Part shown: positions 9,659-19,848 of the stretch, piece by piece | Position numbering within the stretch: the stretch's first letter is position 1 | Layout of the letters: every line of letters starts with the position of its first letter | Origin: a virus | DNA: 64,000 nucleotides | Virus record (IMG/VR): IMGVR_UViG_3300032053_000045 | Span: 1-64,000 of that record | Reading direction: 5' to 3' (one strand) | Position numbers and translations under genes: made by a program | Notes under the pieces: generated by a model | Seen by the model: only the letters and a program-made list of their open reading frames with translations | The model's database searches: none | Told to the model about the DNA's origin: nothing

Positions 9659-10279
9659 ATGAAAAAATTATTTTTGATTTTGCTCATACTACTATTTTCT
9701 TTTAATGTTTGTCAGGCTCTTTTAATTGATGATTTTGAAGACGGATCAATCAAATTAAATCCTGAATGGTGGACATTTGATATTCAAAAGTGTCAGGTTG
9801 CTTCAAATGAAAGTAATAAGACATTATTATTGCAGGGAAAAGCAAAGAATTGGTATGCTGGCGGGATCGGAACATATTTAGCTAAAGAGAAAACAGACCT
9901 TTCAAAATATCAAGACGTTCAATTGGATGTTTATGGTCACGGAGCCGGGACATTAAAAATTGAATTAGCAGATGATGATAATGGAAATTGGGATTATGAA
10001 CAAGATCCTAATAATAATTGGAATCCAATTTATGATGATCGATGGATTTATGAACAGAGGATTGATTGGCGAGGATGGAAAACAGTTAAAATAAACTTTA
10101 ATGACTTTGTAGACGATAATCCTTTAGTGGGAGACGATATTTTCAACATTGAACAAGCAAATGGCTCAGGCGGTTTGTTACAAATGCAATTTATTTGCAT
10201 TGGAAATAAAGCAGATTCTAATTTCACATGTAATATTGACAATATAAATTTAGTTGAGGAAACAAAAGAAGTAAGATAA
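9659..10279 (+). CDS. secreted carbohydrate-binding (CBM11/CIA30-like) domain protein
   Basis: Signal peptide MKKLFLILL..CQA, LIDDFEDG start, W.GWKTVKI.F.DF, IDNI.L end. Confidence 0.6.
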   Translation: MKKLFLILLILLFSFNVCQALLIDDFEDGSIKLNPEWWTFDIQKCQVASNESNKTLLLQGKAKNWYAGGIGTYLAKEKTDLSKYQDVQLDVYGHGAGTLKIELADDDNGNWDYEQDPNNNWNPIYDDRWIYEQRIDWRGWKTVKINFNDFVDDNPLVGDDIFNIEQANGSGGLLQMQFICIGNKADSNFTCNIDNINLVEETKEVR

Positions 10280-10293
10280 AGGAGTGAAGTGAA

Positions 10294-10680
10294 ATGAGTT
10301 TATTAGAACACGCAGAAAGAGAAATGAAATTAGTCGGTCTTGATAAAGAAGACAGCGAATATAATGGAATGATTTATGATGCAGTTATGAAAATGATGAA
10401 AGTTTTTGCCGACGAAGGTCACAGTGGATTTTCTGCAATGAAGGTTTTAGTAATATTTGATCGGTTGGCAAAATTTAAACCATTATCTCCTTTAACAAAT
10501 GACCCAAAAGAATGGAATGATGTTTCAGAAATAAGTGGAGGAAATCCGATGTGGCAGAATAATAGAGATAGTGAATGTTTTTCAAAAGACGGTGGAAAAA
10601 CTTATTATTGTTTAAGTGACAGGGAAAAAATTATTACGGCAAAGAATAAGGAGGAGAAAAATGGTTGCGAAGAAAACTGA
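10294..10680 (+). CDS. phage hypothetical protein
   Basis: FADEGHSGFSA..PLSPLT..EW motifs; RBS. Confidence 0.6.
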   Translation: MSLLEHAEREMKLVGLDKEDSEYNGMIYDAVMKMMKVFADEGHSGFSAMKVLVIFDRLAKFKPLSPLTNDPKEWNDVSEISGGNPMWQNNRDSECFSKDGGKTYYCLSDREKIITAKNKEEKNGCEEN

Positions 10681-10924
10681 AAGTAAAGATTTAAAAGAAT
10701 TACAAGTAGAGGTTCAGGATTTGGAAGTTCAGAAATCTCGGCTCACGGAAGAAATCGGAGCGGCGGAAATAAAAATAAAAGAGCTTTCCTTAAAACAACA
10801 GCAAATTGTTACAATAATTAATCAAGCTGTTTTAGACGCTTATAAGGCCCAAGCTTTTCCTGGGAATATTGTTGTTCCTTCGGGAGGTAACGCTCAGTTT
10901 GGGGACAAACAAATAAAATTTTAA
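10661..10924 (+). CDS. coiled-coil hypothetical protein
   Basis: GGAGGAG RBS before ATG 10661; heptad pattern. Confidence 0.5.
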   Translation: MVAKKTESKDLKELQVEVQDLEVQKSRLTEEIGAAEIKIKELSLKQQQIVTIINQAVLDAYKAQAFPGNIVVPSGGNAQFGDKQIKF

Positions 10925-10931
10925 GCCTCTT

Positions 10932-11285
10932 ATGAAGAAAAACATCAAAATACGCTGTATTAAAGGAATTCCTTGTAATACAGAAGTAAAAATCAACAAT
11001 AAAATCCTTACCAATTATGCGATTCTTCGCTACAAAGAAACTTCAAAAGAAAAAAAGTTAATTATTGTTACATTTGACGCTAATGGAAAAGAACATCAAG
11101 AAATATTTGAAGAAAATTTTGATTTTGTATTATACAGTCCCAAGAAAATAATTAAAATTGTGGTGAAGAATAATAAAACCACAGTTTATTACAAAAGCAA
11201 AAAACTTTCAAATATAACTAGTATTCTTTGGGAAGTTGAAGTACCAGATATCTCCTCAATAGAATTACAATGGGGACAAGATTAA
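10932..11285 (+). CDS. hypothetical protein
   Basis: ORF in the gene run. Confidence 0.45.
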   Translation: MKKNIKIRCIKGIPCNTEVKINNKILTNYAILRYKETSKEKKLIIVTFDANGKEHQEIFEENFDFVLYSPKKIIKIVVKNNKTTVYYKSKKLSNITSILWEVEVPDISSIELQWGQD

Positions 11286-11300
11286 ATTTTTAATTCGGAG

Positions 11301-11489
11301 GTGAATATGAATATTCTAAAAGCAATTTGGCAGTTTTTGGATGGTAAAAAAGTTTATATTGGTACGGTTGCATTATTTTGTGTTGGTGGATTACTCTATT
11401 TAGGATTGATTGATGCTAAAACAGCGGCAGCATGGGCTTTAATTATTGGGTCTTTGACTGGAGCCGCAATGAGATTAGCGATTTCGTAG
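11301..11489 (+). CDS. small two-TM membrane protein (holin-like)
   Basis: LDGKKVYIG followed by two hydrophobic helices. Confidence 0.5.
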   Translation: MNMNILKAIWQFLDGKKVYIGTVALFCVGGLLYLGLIDAKTAAAWALIIGSLTGAAMRLAIS

Positions 11490-11512
11490 TTTATTAAAAG
11501 TGAGGTGAAAAA

Positions 11513-11692
11513 ATGAATTCAGAAGAAAAAACAGTTAAGGTTACGGAAACAGATGCTGAACAGTCCCAGTCTCAACAGCCTTTAACAAAAGATCAGCAAA
11601 TTGCTAATGTTTTCAATCAAATGCTCCAACTTGTCGTGAGAGAAATAAACATTGGGTATTCAAATATTAATGCTATTTTGTCGGGAAAATAA
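11513..11692 (+). CDS. small hypothetical protein (59 aa)
   Basis: GAGGTG RBS; below the ORF-track cutoff. Confidence 0.5.
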   Translation: MNSEEKTVKVTETDAEQSQSQQPLTKDQQIANVFNQMLQLVVREINIGYSNINAILSGK

Positions 11693-11721
11693 TTGTACTT
11701 GAAAAGTAAAGGAGGTTAAAA

Positions 11722-12099
11722 ATGTCAAGAAGCATCTACCACTCCGGATATTGTTTTATTATTCCCGGTGAAGAAGAAAGAATTCTCATCAAAGACTATA
11801 ATGATGAAGAATTTCTTAAAATGGGAGTTGACAGAATTCCTGCTAAAAATGATATTCGTTATTATGATAAGTTTGATCGCTGTGGAAATATCATAGAGAA
11901 AAATCATTTTATTGTTGAGGAGATAATTAGTATAGATGTTATAGATATTAAGAAGCATTCCGGATATGACGAGAAAAATGAGTGGCAAGAAGATATTGAC
12001 GCGACGGTAAAAGTCAAGTATAACAATAAGCTTTTCAAAAATCGTTCGGAGATTATTTGGGAACCGGCTTCAACAGTTTTAGACACAAACGCAAAGTAG
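11722..12099 (+). CDS. hypothetical protein
   Basis: AAGGAGG RBS. Confidence 0.55.
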   Translation: MSRSIYHSGYCFIIPGEEERILIKDYNDEEFLKMGVDRIPAKNDIRYYDKFDRCGNIIEKNHFIVEEIISIDVIDIKKHSGYDEKNEWQEDIDATVKVKYNNKLFKNRSEIIWEPASTVLDTNAK

Positions 12100-12138
12100 A
12101 AACGGGGCTGGGGTGCAGAAAAAGGAGAGGAAATAAAA

Positions 12139-12600
12139 ATGAATGATTTAGTACCATTTTTTGACGTTAATCGTAAATTTGATACTATTATGCAGGAAAT
12201 GTTGTCGTTCCAAAACGATATGTTTTCCGACCAGTTTTTCGCAACCCCAAAAAAATTATGGAAAAGTAGTTCATTGCCAAAAATAAACGTGAAAGAGACA
12301 AAGACCGAATATATTGTAGAGGCTAACGTTGCGGGTTTCCGTAAAGAAGATATAGCCATATTTGTTGAAGATAAGCATTTATGTATTGCCAGTAAACAAA
12401 GTGATGAAAAAGTTGTTGAGAATGAAAATGAAGGCTATGTCTTTAAAGAGTTATCAAGTAAAGCATTTCGACGTGTCATCCCATTTCCCAAGAACATTGA
12501 TGAAGAAAAAATTATTGCAACTCTTGAGAATGGGTTTTTGACAGTCAAAATACCAAAAGCTTCTACAAAAGATAAGTCAAGAGAGATAAAAATTATTTAA
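12139..12600 (+). CDS. small heat shock protein (Hsp20/alpha-crystallin)
   Basis: PKINVKET..Y..ANVAGF.KEDI.. F.R.I.FP..ID..I.A.LENGFLTVKIPK. Confidence 0.92.
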   Translation: MNDLVPFFDVNRKFDTIMQEMLSFQNDMFSDQFFATPKKLWKSSSLPKINVKETKTEYIVEANVAGFRKEDIAIFVEDKHLCIASKQSDEKVVENENEGYVFKELSSKAFRRVIPFPKNIDEEKIIATLENGFLTVKIPKASTKDKSREIKII

Positions 12601-12645
12601 ACGTCAAGCTCCCAGCCCCATAAAATTTTTCAAGGAGAAGAAAAC

Positions 12646-12915
12646 ATGAAATTTGATTTAAGTCAAGAGGAGAAAGTAAATACGTCTAATATGTTTTATT
12701 ATTTAAAAGTATTTTTTGAATCAGAAGAAGGTAAAGGAATTAAAAGTATAGATCAGGTATTAATAAAGATTGGATCTGAAAATTATTTCAAAATATTACC
12801 AGAATTAACAGACGATGTTATTCATGAAAGCAAATTTAGGGGGTTCAGATTTACCATTGATACCGATTTAGAAAAACATGAAATAGAAATATTAAAGGAA
12901 AAAGTAATTTGTTAG
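12646..12915 (+). CDS. hypothetical protein
   Basis: RBS; overlaps the next gene. Confidence 0.5.
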   Translation: MKFDLSQEEKVNTSNMFYYLKVFFESEEGKGIKSIDQVLIKIGSENYFKILPELTDDVIHESKFRGFRFTIDTDLEKHEIEILKEKVIC

Positions 12916-13940
12916 ACGAGAAGAAATATACTTTTTGCTACCCCCCAACTCTTGACTGGAACGTCATGACACAGCGACCCCAGGGACTAATGACGGCTTT
13001 TGCAGAATTAGGTCATAAAGTTTATTATTGCCAGAATTTTCAACAAAGAAAAGGAATCAAGCCATATGAGATTAAAAAAAATCTTTTCATTTGTCCAGAT
13101 CCAAATTTAATTGAAGACAATATAGATATTCTTTGGATTGGTAATCCTGGAATACAAAACGAATGGATAGGAAAATATAAAGAGAAATTAGTAGTTTATG
13201 ATTGTGTAGATGATTTTTACAAGTTTTGGGGAAGCAATGAGGACATGTTGACTCGAAAAGCTGATATTATAATCACTACTAGTAAAATACTTTATGACAG
13301 AAAGATAAAACAAAAGGGTGAAGACGTTTATTTGATTTCTAACGGATTTAATGAAGACTTTCTAAATGTTGATAATAAACCTTTTCTTGAAGACTTATCA
13401 AAATATGAAGGTAAAATTAAAATTGGTTATATCGGGGCATTAGCAAATTGGTTCGATTATGAGTTATTATTTAATCTAGCTTTTCTGTTTAACAAATATG
13501 AATTCATTTTGATTGGTCAAGAATTTCATACAATGCCAGAAGGCATCAAACAAGAGGGATATAAAAACATTCATTGGCTTGGGTTGAAACCCCACTCCCA
13601 ATTAAAGTATTATATAAATGCTATGGATGTATGTATAATACCTTTCAAAAAAAATGAGATAACAGAAGCTACTGATCCAGTTAAATTGTATGAATATTTG
13701 GCCGTTGGCAAACCAGTTGTAGCAACAAGACTAACAACAATAAAGAATTTTGAGTCTCACGTTTATCTTGCAGAAGGATTTAAAGAGTTCACGGAAAAAA
13801 TTAATATCGCTATGTCCGAAAGAAAAGAAGTAGACGTTAATTTAAGAAAAAATTATATTAAACAATTTACGTGGAAGTACAGAGCACAAGAAGCTATTAA
13901 AATATTGAATGAATTAAATAGGTTCACAATAGAGATTTGA
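12909..13940 (+). CDS. GT-B glycosyltransferase (GT4-like)
   Basis: QRPQ, VVYDCVDD, GYIGALA.WFD, DVCIIPF..DPVKLYEYLAVGKPVV. Confidence 0.88.
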   Translation: MLDEKKYTFCYPPTLDWNVMTQRPQGLMTAFAELGHKVYYCQNFQQRKGIKPYEIKKNLFICPDPNLIEDNIDILWIGNPGIQNEWIGKYKEKLVVYDCVDDFYKFWGSNEDMLTRKADIIITTSKILYDRKIKQKGEDVYLISNGFNEDFLNVDNKPFLEDLSKYEGKIKIGYIGALANWFDYELLFNLAFLFNKYEFILIGQEFHTMPEGIKQEGYKNIHWLGLKPHSQLKYYINAMDVCIIPFKKNEITEATDPVKLYEYLAVGKPVVATRLTTIKNFESHVYLAEGFKEFTEKINIAMSERKEVDVNLRKNYIKQFTWKYRAQEAIKILNELNRFTIEI

Positions 13941-13941
13941 C

Positions 13942-14583
13942 ATGATAGATCATTACAAATGGAGACAGAGATTTCCTAGTGATAATGTGGTTTCAAAAGA
14001 ACTCGTCGAGAATTTAAACACCACATATCAAAGTAAAGCTAAAGTATCTGTTGAAATCCATCGGAACGGAATAGAATCAGCAAGAATAAATTGGTTTTTA
14101 GCTAACATAAATGGTAGAATACTTGATATTGGATGTGCTGATGGAGTCATATTATTTGAAGCCGCCAGAAGAGGATTTGAAATTGTAGGGGTTGATATTG
14201 TTGATGCTTGTTTGGAAAGAGCTAAAGAATTTCTTTCAAAAGAATCTGAAGAAGTTAGAAATAAAATTTCAATACAGAAAGCTTGGTCTGAAGAATTGCC
14301 ATTTTTTGATATGAGTTTTAATACAGTTGTTTTGGCAGAAACATTAGAGCATGTAAGTGACCCTATAAAAACTTTGCAAGAAGCTCATAGAGTTTTGATT
14401 AATGGTGGCAAAATTCTGATATCAGTTCCTAATGGAGATAGCTTCTTTCCCAGCCATTTTAGACATTATAATAGAGAAGAAATATTAAAACAAGTAGGGA
14501 AATATTTTAATTGCTCTGTTGACGATAATGTTATTACGAAAAGATGGCAATTCATTAAGGGAAAAAAGGAGAGTAAAGAGTGA
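13942..14583 (+). CDS. class I SAM-dependent methyltransferase
   Basis: ILDIGCADG, GVDI, ETLEHV.DP, ISVPN. Confidence 0.88.
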   Translation: MIDHYKWRQRFPSDNVVSKELVENLNTTYQSKAKVSVEIHRNGIESARINWFLANINGRILDIGCADGVILFEAARRGFEIVGVDIVDACLERAKEFLSKESEEVRNKISIQKAWSEELPFFDMSFNTVVLAETLEHVSDPIKTLQEAHRVLINGGKILISVPNGDSFFPSHFRHYNREEILKQVGKYFNCSVDDNVITKRWQFIKGKKESKE

Positions 14584-15563
14584 TTGGACTTGTGGGATAT
14601 TACGGCTGGAGTAATTATGGGGACGATATTTTTCTTGAGACGTGGAGAGAAAAATTAGGATTTCATAGAGCAGTTTCTATCACTCCATATGATAATTTAG
14701 ATGGCTTTGATAAAATTATTATTGGGGGCGGAGATTTAATATGGGATGTTGTTTTTAATAATAATTATTTTAATGAGAAATGGTATGAAAATGGAAAGAA
14801 AGTTTATATTTATGGAATAGGAGTAGCAGATCCGTCAATAAAGAAATTTAAAAATGAGAACACTTTTAAGCTATATAAAAATTTCTTTTCAAAAGCCTCA
14901 TATGTTTCGGCAAGGGATATTTTAAGTTGTAATTGGATTAGAGATGTTTTGGATATTAAAAATGTTGAATTAGTTGAAGACATAGCGTGGAATTATGAGA
15001 GTAAAATTAGTGAGCCAAAAGAAAAAGGTAGTGTTGGCATAACTTATAGACGTAATGAATTGTATTCTTTTAGAGAGATGTCTTCTTTGATTATTAATTT
15101 GATTGATAGAAGTAAAGATAGCGACAAGAGTAAAAACATTAAATTTATACCTTTACAAACTGGTTTTTATAATACTATTTCTTTACACAATTCTTTAAAG
15201 GAAGAAATTGTTAGAAGTGTTAGTTATGCTAATATAAATAGCATGCCCATTCAATATGACACCCAGCATAAATATTCGTATATTAGATCATGTGATTATT
15301 ATATTACTTGTGCTTTTCACGGTTTAGTTACTGCATTAAAAGAAAGAGTGCCTGTTTTATGTTTGTTACATTCTAATAAGGCAAAGCAATTAGCTGCAAA
15401 AATTAAAATGCCAGAAATTATCGTTAATAAAAATAATTTATATAATATGGTGACTCATTTATTTTCTCCAGATTATACCTATAATAATGATATATTAAAT
15501 AAATTAGAAAATGATGCCAAGGTTCAAATGAACAGTTTTATTCAGAAATACATTAATAATTAA
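14580..15563 (+). CDS. polysaccharide pyruvyl transferase family protein
   Basis: GYYGWSNYGDD, IIIGGGDL, GIGV, SARD..S, FHG. Confidence 0.85.
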   Translation: MIGLVGYYGWSNYGDDIFLETWREKLGFHRAVSITPYDNLDGFDKIIIGGGDLIWDVVFNNNYFNEKWYENGKKVYIYGIGVADPSIKKFKNENTFKLYKNFFSKASYVSARDILSCNWIRDVLDIKNVELVEDIAWNYESKISEPKEKGSVGITYRRNELYSFREMSSLIINLIDRSKDSDKSKNIKFIPLQTGFYNTISLHNSLKEEIVRSVSYANINSMPIQYDTQHKYSYIRSCDYYITCAFHGLVTALKERVPVLCLLHSNKAKQLAAKIKMPEIIVNKNNLYNMVTHLFSPDYTYNNDILNKLENDAKVQMNSFIQKYINN

Positions 15564-15566
15564 GGA

Positions 15567-16568
15567 GTGCACAAAGTGAAGATTGTATTTTTTGATTCTA
15601 CAGTAATGCATAAATATTGGACCGCATCTTTGAATGAGCTAGAAATAAATCACATTTCATTACTCAAGGATAATGAAGATTTTGAAAAAGTTAGAGATAC
15701 TTTAGAAAAGTTTAATCCTGATATTCTTATAGGCTCTGTATTAATAAATCCTAAGAAACTTTCTTATTACGAAAAAATTAAGCAATGGGGAAAACAAAAT
15801 AACAAATGTCTTGCTTGGATTACAACACAAGATCCTAATTTTAACTTTGCCACTTGTAAACAAGCATTAGGCTATGACTATGTATTTACTTGTGCTAGTG
15901 AATGTGTTGAAGATTATAAAAAAATAGGATGTGAAAAAGTCGGGATAGTTCCTTTGGGTTATAATCCTCTATGGAGTAAATATTCTAAAGAAGAAAAAAT
16001 ATATGACGTGGTTTTGTTAGGCAATTATTATCTACCATCTATTGAAAGAGAATGTTATGAAAAGAAAGTAGATAGACATCAGATAAAGCCTGGATACAAA
16101 AACATAATTAGGCCACTCATCAAAAATGGGTATAATGTTAAAATTTGGGGCCACAAAGATAATTGGTTAAAGTCTGGTTTTGTCTCTGAGAATAACTTAA
16201 TGGATTACATTTTGTATACACGTCATGCAGAAATTTATAACAAGGCCAAGATTTGTATTTCAATAAATTCTAACCAATATAGTCCGACTATGATGAGTTG
16301 GAGAGCTTACGAAATACCCGCTTGTAAAGCTTTTTGCTTAAGTGCCTGGAGCAAGGCTACAGAAAATGTATTTACCGACGGAAAAGATTTAGTTATTTCA
16401 AATTCCCCAGAAGATACTTTAAGATTAGTAGATAAATATTTAAATAATGACACTGAAAGAGATAGAATTGCTAATAATGGATATGAAGCTGTCAAAGATA
16501 AGCATTCGGTAAAACAAAGAATCATCGACATGCTGAAATTCATAGACGAAAACGGAGGAAAGCTGTAG
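15567..16568 (+). CDS. CgeB-family glycosyltransferase
   Basis: W.TQDP, YDYVFT, Y..AKICI.IN, RAYEIPAC.AF, R.RIA.NGY. Confidence 0.8.
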   Translation: MHKVKIVFFDSTVMHKYWTASLNELEINHISLLKDNEDFEKVRDTLEKFNPDILIGSVLINPKKLSYYEKIKQWGKQNNKCLAWITTQDPNFNFATCKQALGYDYVFTCASECVEDYKKIGCEKVGIVPLGYNPLWSKYSKEEKIYDVVLLGNYYLPSIERECYEKKVDRHQIKPGYKNIIRPLIKNGYNVKIWGHKDNWLKSGFVSENNLMDYILYTRHAEIYNKAKICISINSNQYSPTMMSWRAYEIPACKAFCLSAWSKATENVFTDGKDLVISNSPEDTLRLVDKYLNNDTERDRIANNGYEAVKDKHSVKQRIIDMLKFIDENGGKL

Positions 16569-17743
16569 TGAAAGTTTGTGTTATTGGTCTCGGGTATGTT
16601 GGTCTTCCTCTATCAGTTTTATTAGCGGAAATTGGGTGTGAAATTATCGGAGTAGACACCAATAAAGAATTAATTGCTAAAATAAATTCCGGTGTTTGTA
16701 TGATTCATGAAACTGAATTAGAGGAAAGATTAAAAATGGTTATTGCTTTGAATAAACTAAAAGTTCAGGAGTCTCCAGAAAATGCTGACATTTTTGTTTT
16801 CTCGGTTCAAACACCTCTATTAAATGGGAAACCAAATTTAGATTATCTAAACAAAGCATTTAATTCGGTGAAACCTTTCATCAAAAAAGATAACTTACTT
16901 ATTATCGAATCCACTTGTCCTGTTGGTACAAGCAGATTTTTATACGATAAATATCTTGATAATAACTCAGATTATCAATTAGCATATTGTCCAGAGAGAA
17001 TACTTCCGGGGGATATAATGAATGAGCTTGTTATCAATGACAGAGTGATTGGAGGTATAGATGAAGTTTCAACAAATAAAGCTATAGATTTTTATAAATT
17101 ATTTTGCAAAGGGATGTTATTAGAAACAACAGCTGAAACTGCTGAATTTGTGAAGCTAATTGAAAATACCTATCGTGATGTTAATATTGCTTTCGCCAAT
17201 GAATTAGAGAAAATAGCGAAAGAAAAAAATATTAATTGCTTTGAGGCTATAAGTCTAGCTAATAAACATCCACGGGTCAATATCCATTATCCTGGAATTG
17301 GAGTCGGCGGACATTGCATCCCTAAAGATCCTGTTTTATTAACATATGATTCTGATAGTGCTAAACTTATAAAAACTGCAAGAAAAATAAATAAAAATAA
17401 ACCTAAAGAAATTGTTTCGCGAATAAATGAATTTTATAAAATGAATATAGGTTCATTTGAAAAATCAAGAATTGATATAGGTATTCTTGGACTTGCATAT
17501 AAGCCAAACACAAATGATTTTAGAGAATCACCTGCGATAGAGATAATGAATCAGCTTCAAAATATGCAGTGTTTCAATATCAAATTTCATGATCCTTTTA
17601 TAACAGATTGTAATTCAATTGAAGAGATAAAAAAATGTGATATTGTTGTTTTATTAGTTGGTCACAAAGATTATCTTTCTATAAATAAAGAACTGAAAGA
17701 CACAAAGGGCGTTAATTTTATAAATTTTGCAGGGGACAAGTAA
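16568..17743 (+). CDS. wecC: UDP-N-acetyl-D-mannosamine dehydrogenase-like nucleotide-sugar dehydrogenase
   Basis: GLGYVGLP, ESTCPVG, CPERILPG, KLIENTYRDVNIAFANE, PGIGVGGHCI, GLAYKPN..D.RESP. Confidence 0.88.
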   Translation: MKVCVIGLGYVGLPLSVLLAEIGCEIIGVDTNKELIAKINSGVCMIHETELEERLKMVIALNKLKVQESPENADIFVFSVQTPLLNGKPNLDYLNKAFNSVKPFIKKDNLLIIESTCPVGTSRFLYDKYLDNNSDYQLAYCPERILPGDIMNELVINDRVIGGIDEVSTNKAIDFYKLFCKGMLLETTAETAEFVKLIENTYRDVNIAFANELEKIAKEKNINCFEAISLANKHPRVNIHYPGIGVGGHCIPKDPVLLTYDSDSAKLIKTARKINKNKPKEIVSRINEFYKMNIGSFEKSRIDIGILGLAYKPNTNDFRESPAIEIMNQLQNMQCFNIKFHDPFITDCNSIEEIKKCDIVVLLVGHKDYLSINKELKDTKGVNFINFAGDK

Positions 17744-18420
17744 TGACAATCAATAGATATATTAAATTATCCGATCCAAAAGTTTTAGAATTGAAAGGAC
17801 TACTGTTAACAGATTGGTCAAGACCATACGAATATCTTTATATGGAGAGTTTAATAAAAGATCCTAAAGGCATTGCAGTAGATGTAGGAAGTGGGGAACC
17901 AGAAAAATATCCCTTTCCTTTTGTTTTAACAGAAAAATATGAAAGAGTTTATGGAGTGGATGTAAGAAGAATTATTAATCATAAAGTAGTAAAGAAAGTT
18001 ACTTATAAAATAGCTGAAGCATGGAAAATGCCATTTGAATCAGGAAAGATAAATGCCGTGTTTTGTATTTCTGTTCTAGAACATTTTAAAGAAAAAGATA
18101 TTATAGCCAGCGCAGAAGAATTTGCTAGAGTATCTGCTCCAGGAAGTTATCTTTATTTGTCTTTTATGATTTCTAATGATATTAATAAACCATCTCCTTC
18201 TTGTAATTTTTTTGAACATCAAATAAACGGTAAAGGCATATTTTGTGGAGAAAAATATGGTGTTTCACCTCAGTGTAAGATTCAAGTTACTCCTCAAAAA
18301 ATGCTATCTTATTTTGAACCTTATTTTGTTTTAGACGGAGAAACAAATTATGATAAACCAAACGATATTTTAACAAGTGCAAATCGATTGACATTTTGCT
18401 GCAGATTAAAAAAGATATAA
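17743..18420 (+). CDS. SAM-dependent methyltransferase-like protein
   Basis: WSRPYEY, VDVGSG, CISVLEH. Confidence 0.7.
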   Translation: MTINRYIKLSDPKVLELKGLLLTDWSRPYEYLYMESLIKDPKGIAVDVGSGEPEKYPFPFVLTEKYERVYGVDVRRIINHKVVKKVTYKIAEAWKMPFESGKINAVFCISVLEHFKEKDIIASAEEFARVSAPGSYLYLSFMISNDINKPSPSCNFFEHQINGKGIFCGEKYGVSPQCKIQVTPQKMLSYFEPYFVLDGETNYDKPNDILTSANRLTFCCRLKKI

Positions 18421-19136
18421 TGAGTATAATCGTCGGTTGTCCCATTAGAAATCGTAAATGGACTTTGCTTAAGTATTTGGAAGCTATCTATAATATTGAT
18501 TATCCCAAAAAAGATCTGCTAATCTGTTTTCTCGTGAACGATTCCACAGACGGAACTTTAAAATATTTGAATTCATTAGATTTCAGGCAATATAATTTAG
18601 CTATAGTAAAAGAAAAAAATTATAATTTCGAGTCTTGTGAAAGAGAATTAGGAAGAAATACTGATAAATTTTTGCATTTTGCTCAAGTTAGAAATGATTG
18701 GATTAGTTTGTTCAAGGATATACCAAATGTTACTCATGTATTTTCTATAGATAGTGACGTGTTGGTCCCTAAAAATTCATTGAGAAAGCTACTGAAGAAT
18801 AATGTTGATATTTGTTCCGCTTTAGTAATTAACTCAGATAAAAAAAATGGCTACGGAAAAGACATAACAAATATTTTTAATTTCAGTAAAGAAAGAGAAT
18901 GTTATGAGAATCTAATGGAATATCCCAAAAAGAGTTTATTTGAGTGTGATGTGACGGGTTCTTGTATTTTATACACAAAAAAGGTAATTGATAGTATTCA
19001 ATATCAAGCACATCCTTTGGGCGAGGACTTCGGTTTTTGTTGTGCATCTCATCAGAGAGGATTTAAAGTTTGGGTAGATACAACAATCGAGACGAAACAT
19101 GTAATGAAAAAAGAAGATTTGGGAAGAATTTTTTAG
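18420..19136 (+). CDS. GT-A (family 2-like) glycosyltransferase
   Basis: PIRNR, NDSTDGT, DSDV, GEDFGFC; start at the TAATG overlap. Confidence 0.8.
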   Translation: MSIIVGCPIRNRKWTLLKYLEAIYNIDYPKKDLLICFLVNDSTDGTLKYLNSLDFRQYNLAIVKEKNYNFESCERELGRNTDKFLHFAQVRNDWISLFKDIPNVTHVFSIDSDVLVPKNSLRKLLKNNVDICSALVINSDKKNGYGKDITNIFNFSKERECYENLMEYPKKSLFECDVTGSCILYTKKVIDSIQYQAHPLGEDFGFCCASHQRGFKVWVDTTIETKHVMKKEDLGRIF

Positions 19137-19162
19137 AAAAATAAATTAGAGGAGGAATAAAA

Positions 19163-19846
19163 ATGGCACGAACTGGGGCTGGAACAACTACTGGAGGAAG
19201 TATTACACAAGCTGTATCATCTGCCGGAGTAGCAGCAAATTCTATGGTTACGGTTATTAATACAAGTGATCCTGGTGAAATTGCAGGAGGAGCGGTCGTC
19301 GAGTATATTACAAAATCAGCAGGGGTCGGTTTCCAATTGAATTATAGTTCACCGGTAGAAAATACATGTGGATTTGATTTTTTAAATGCAGGCGTAAGAA
19401 CAGGAACAGGAACAATTCCTGCAGGATCTGATTCTGTTGTTGTAGCGAGTGCAGGAGTTGGGGCTGGTACTATAGTGAAAGTAATGTTGACAAGTAATGC
19501 AGCGGAGGAAGCAGGTGGAGCTGTTGTTGAGCATATAATCAAGGATAATGGAGTAGGATTTACGCTTAATATGACAAATGCCGTTCAAAACGCAACGACG
19601 TTTGATTATTTGGTAGTCGCAAGAACTGGGTCAGGAACAATTCCGGCGGGAATGGAAGATTATTATGTTGCTGCTCCAACTGTGGCATCTGATTCAATGA
19701 TTGACGTTATGCTTACAAGTAATCCTGGTGATAATGTTGGGGGTGGCGCGGTTGAAGTTGTATATAAAGTACCAGGGTATGGGTTTACTATAGAATTACT
19801 CGCAGCTGTACAAAATGCTACGGGATTTGATTACAAAATTGGATAA
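19163..19846 (+). CDS. Gly/Ala/Thr/Val-rich protein of three ~75-aa repeats, probable virion structural/decoration protein
   Basis: Three copies of RTGxGT..S..V..TS..GE.xGG..VE...K..GxGF....xV(E/Q)NxxxFD(F/Y); strong GGAGG RBS. Confidence 0.6.
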   Translation: MARTGAGTTTGGSITQAVSSAGVAANSMVTVINTSDPGEIAGGAVVEYITKSAGVGFQLNYSSPVENTCGFDFLNAGVRTGTGTIPAGSDSVVVASAGVGAGTIVKVMLTSNAAEEAGGAVVEHIIKDNGVGFTLNMTNAVQNATTFDYLVVARTGSGTIPAGMEDYYVAAPTVASDSMIDVMLTSNPGDNVGGGAVEVVYKVPGYGFTIELLAAVQNATGFDYKIG

Positions 19847-19848
19847 TT

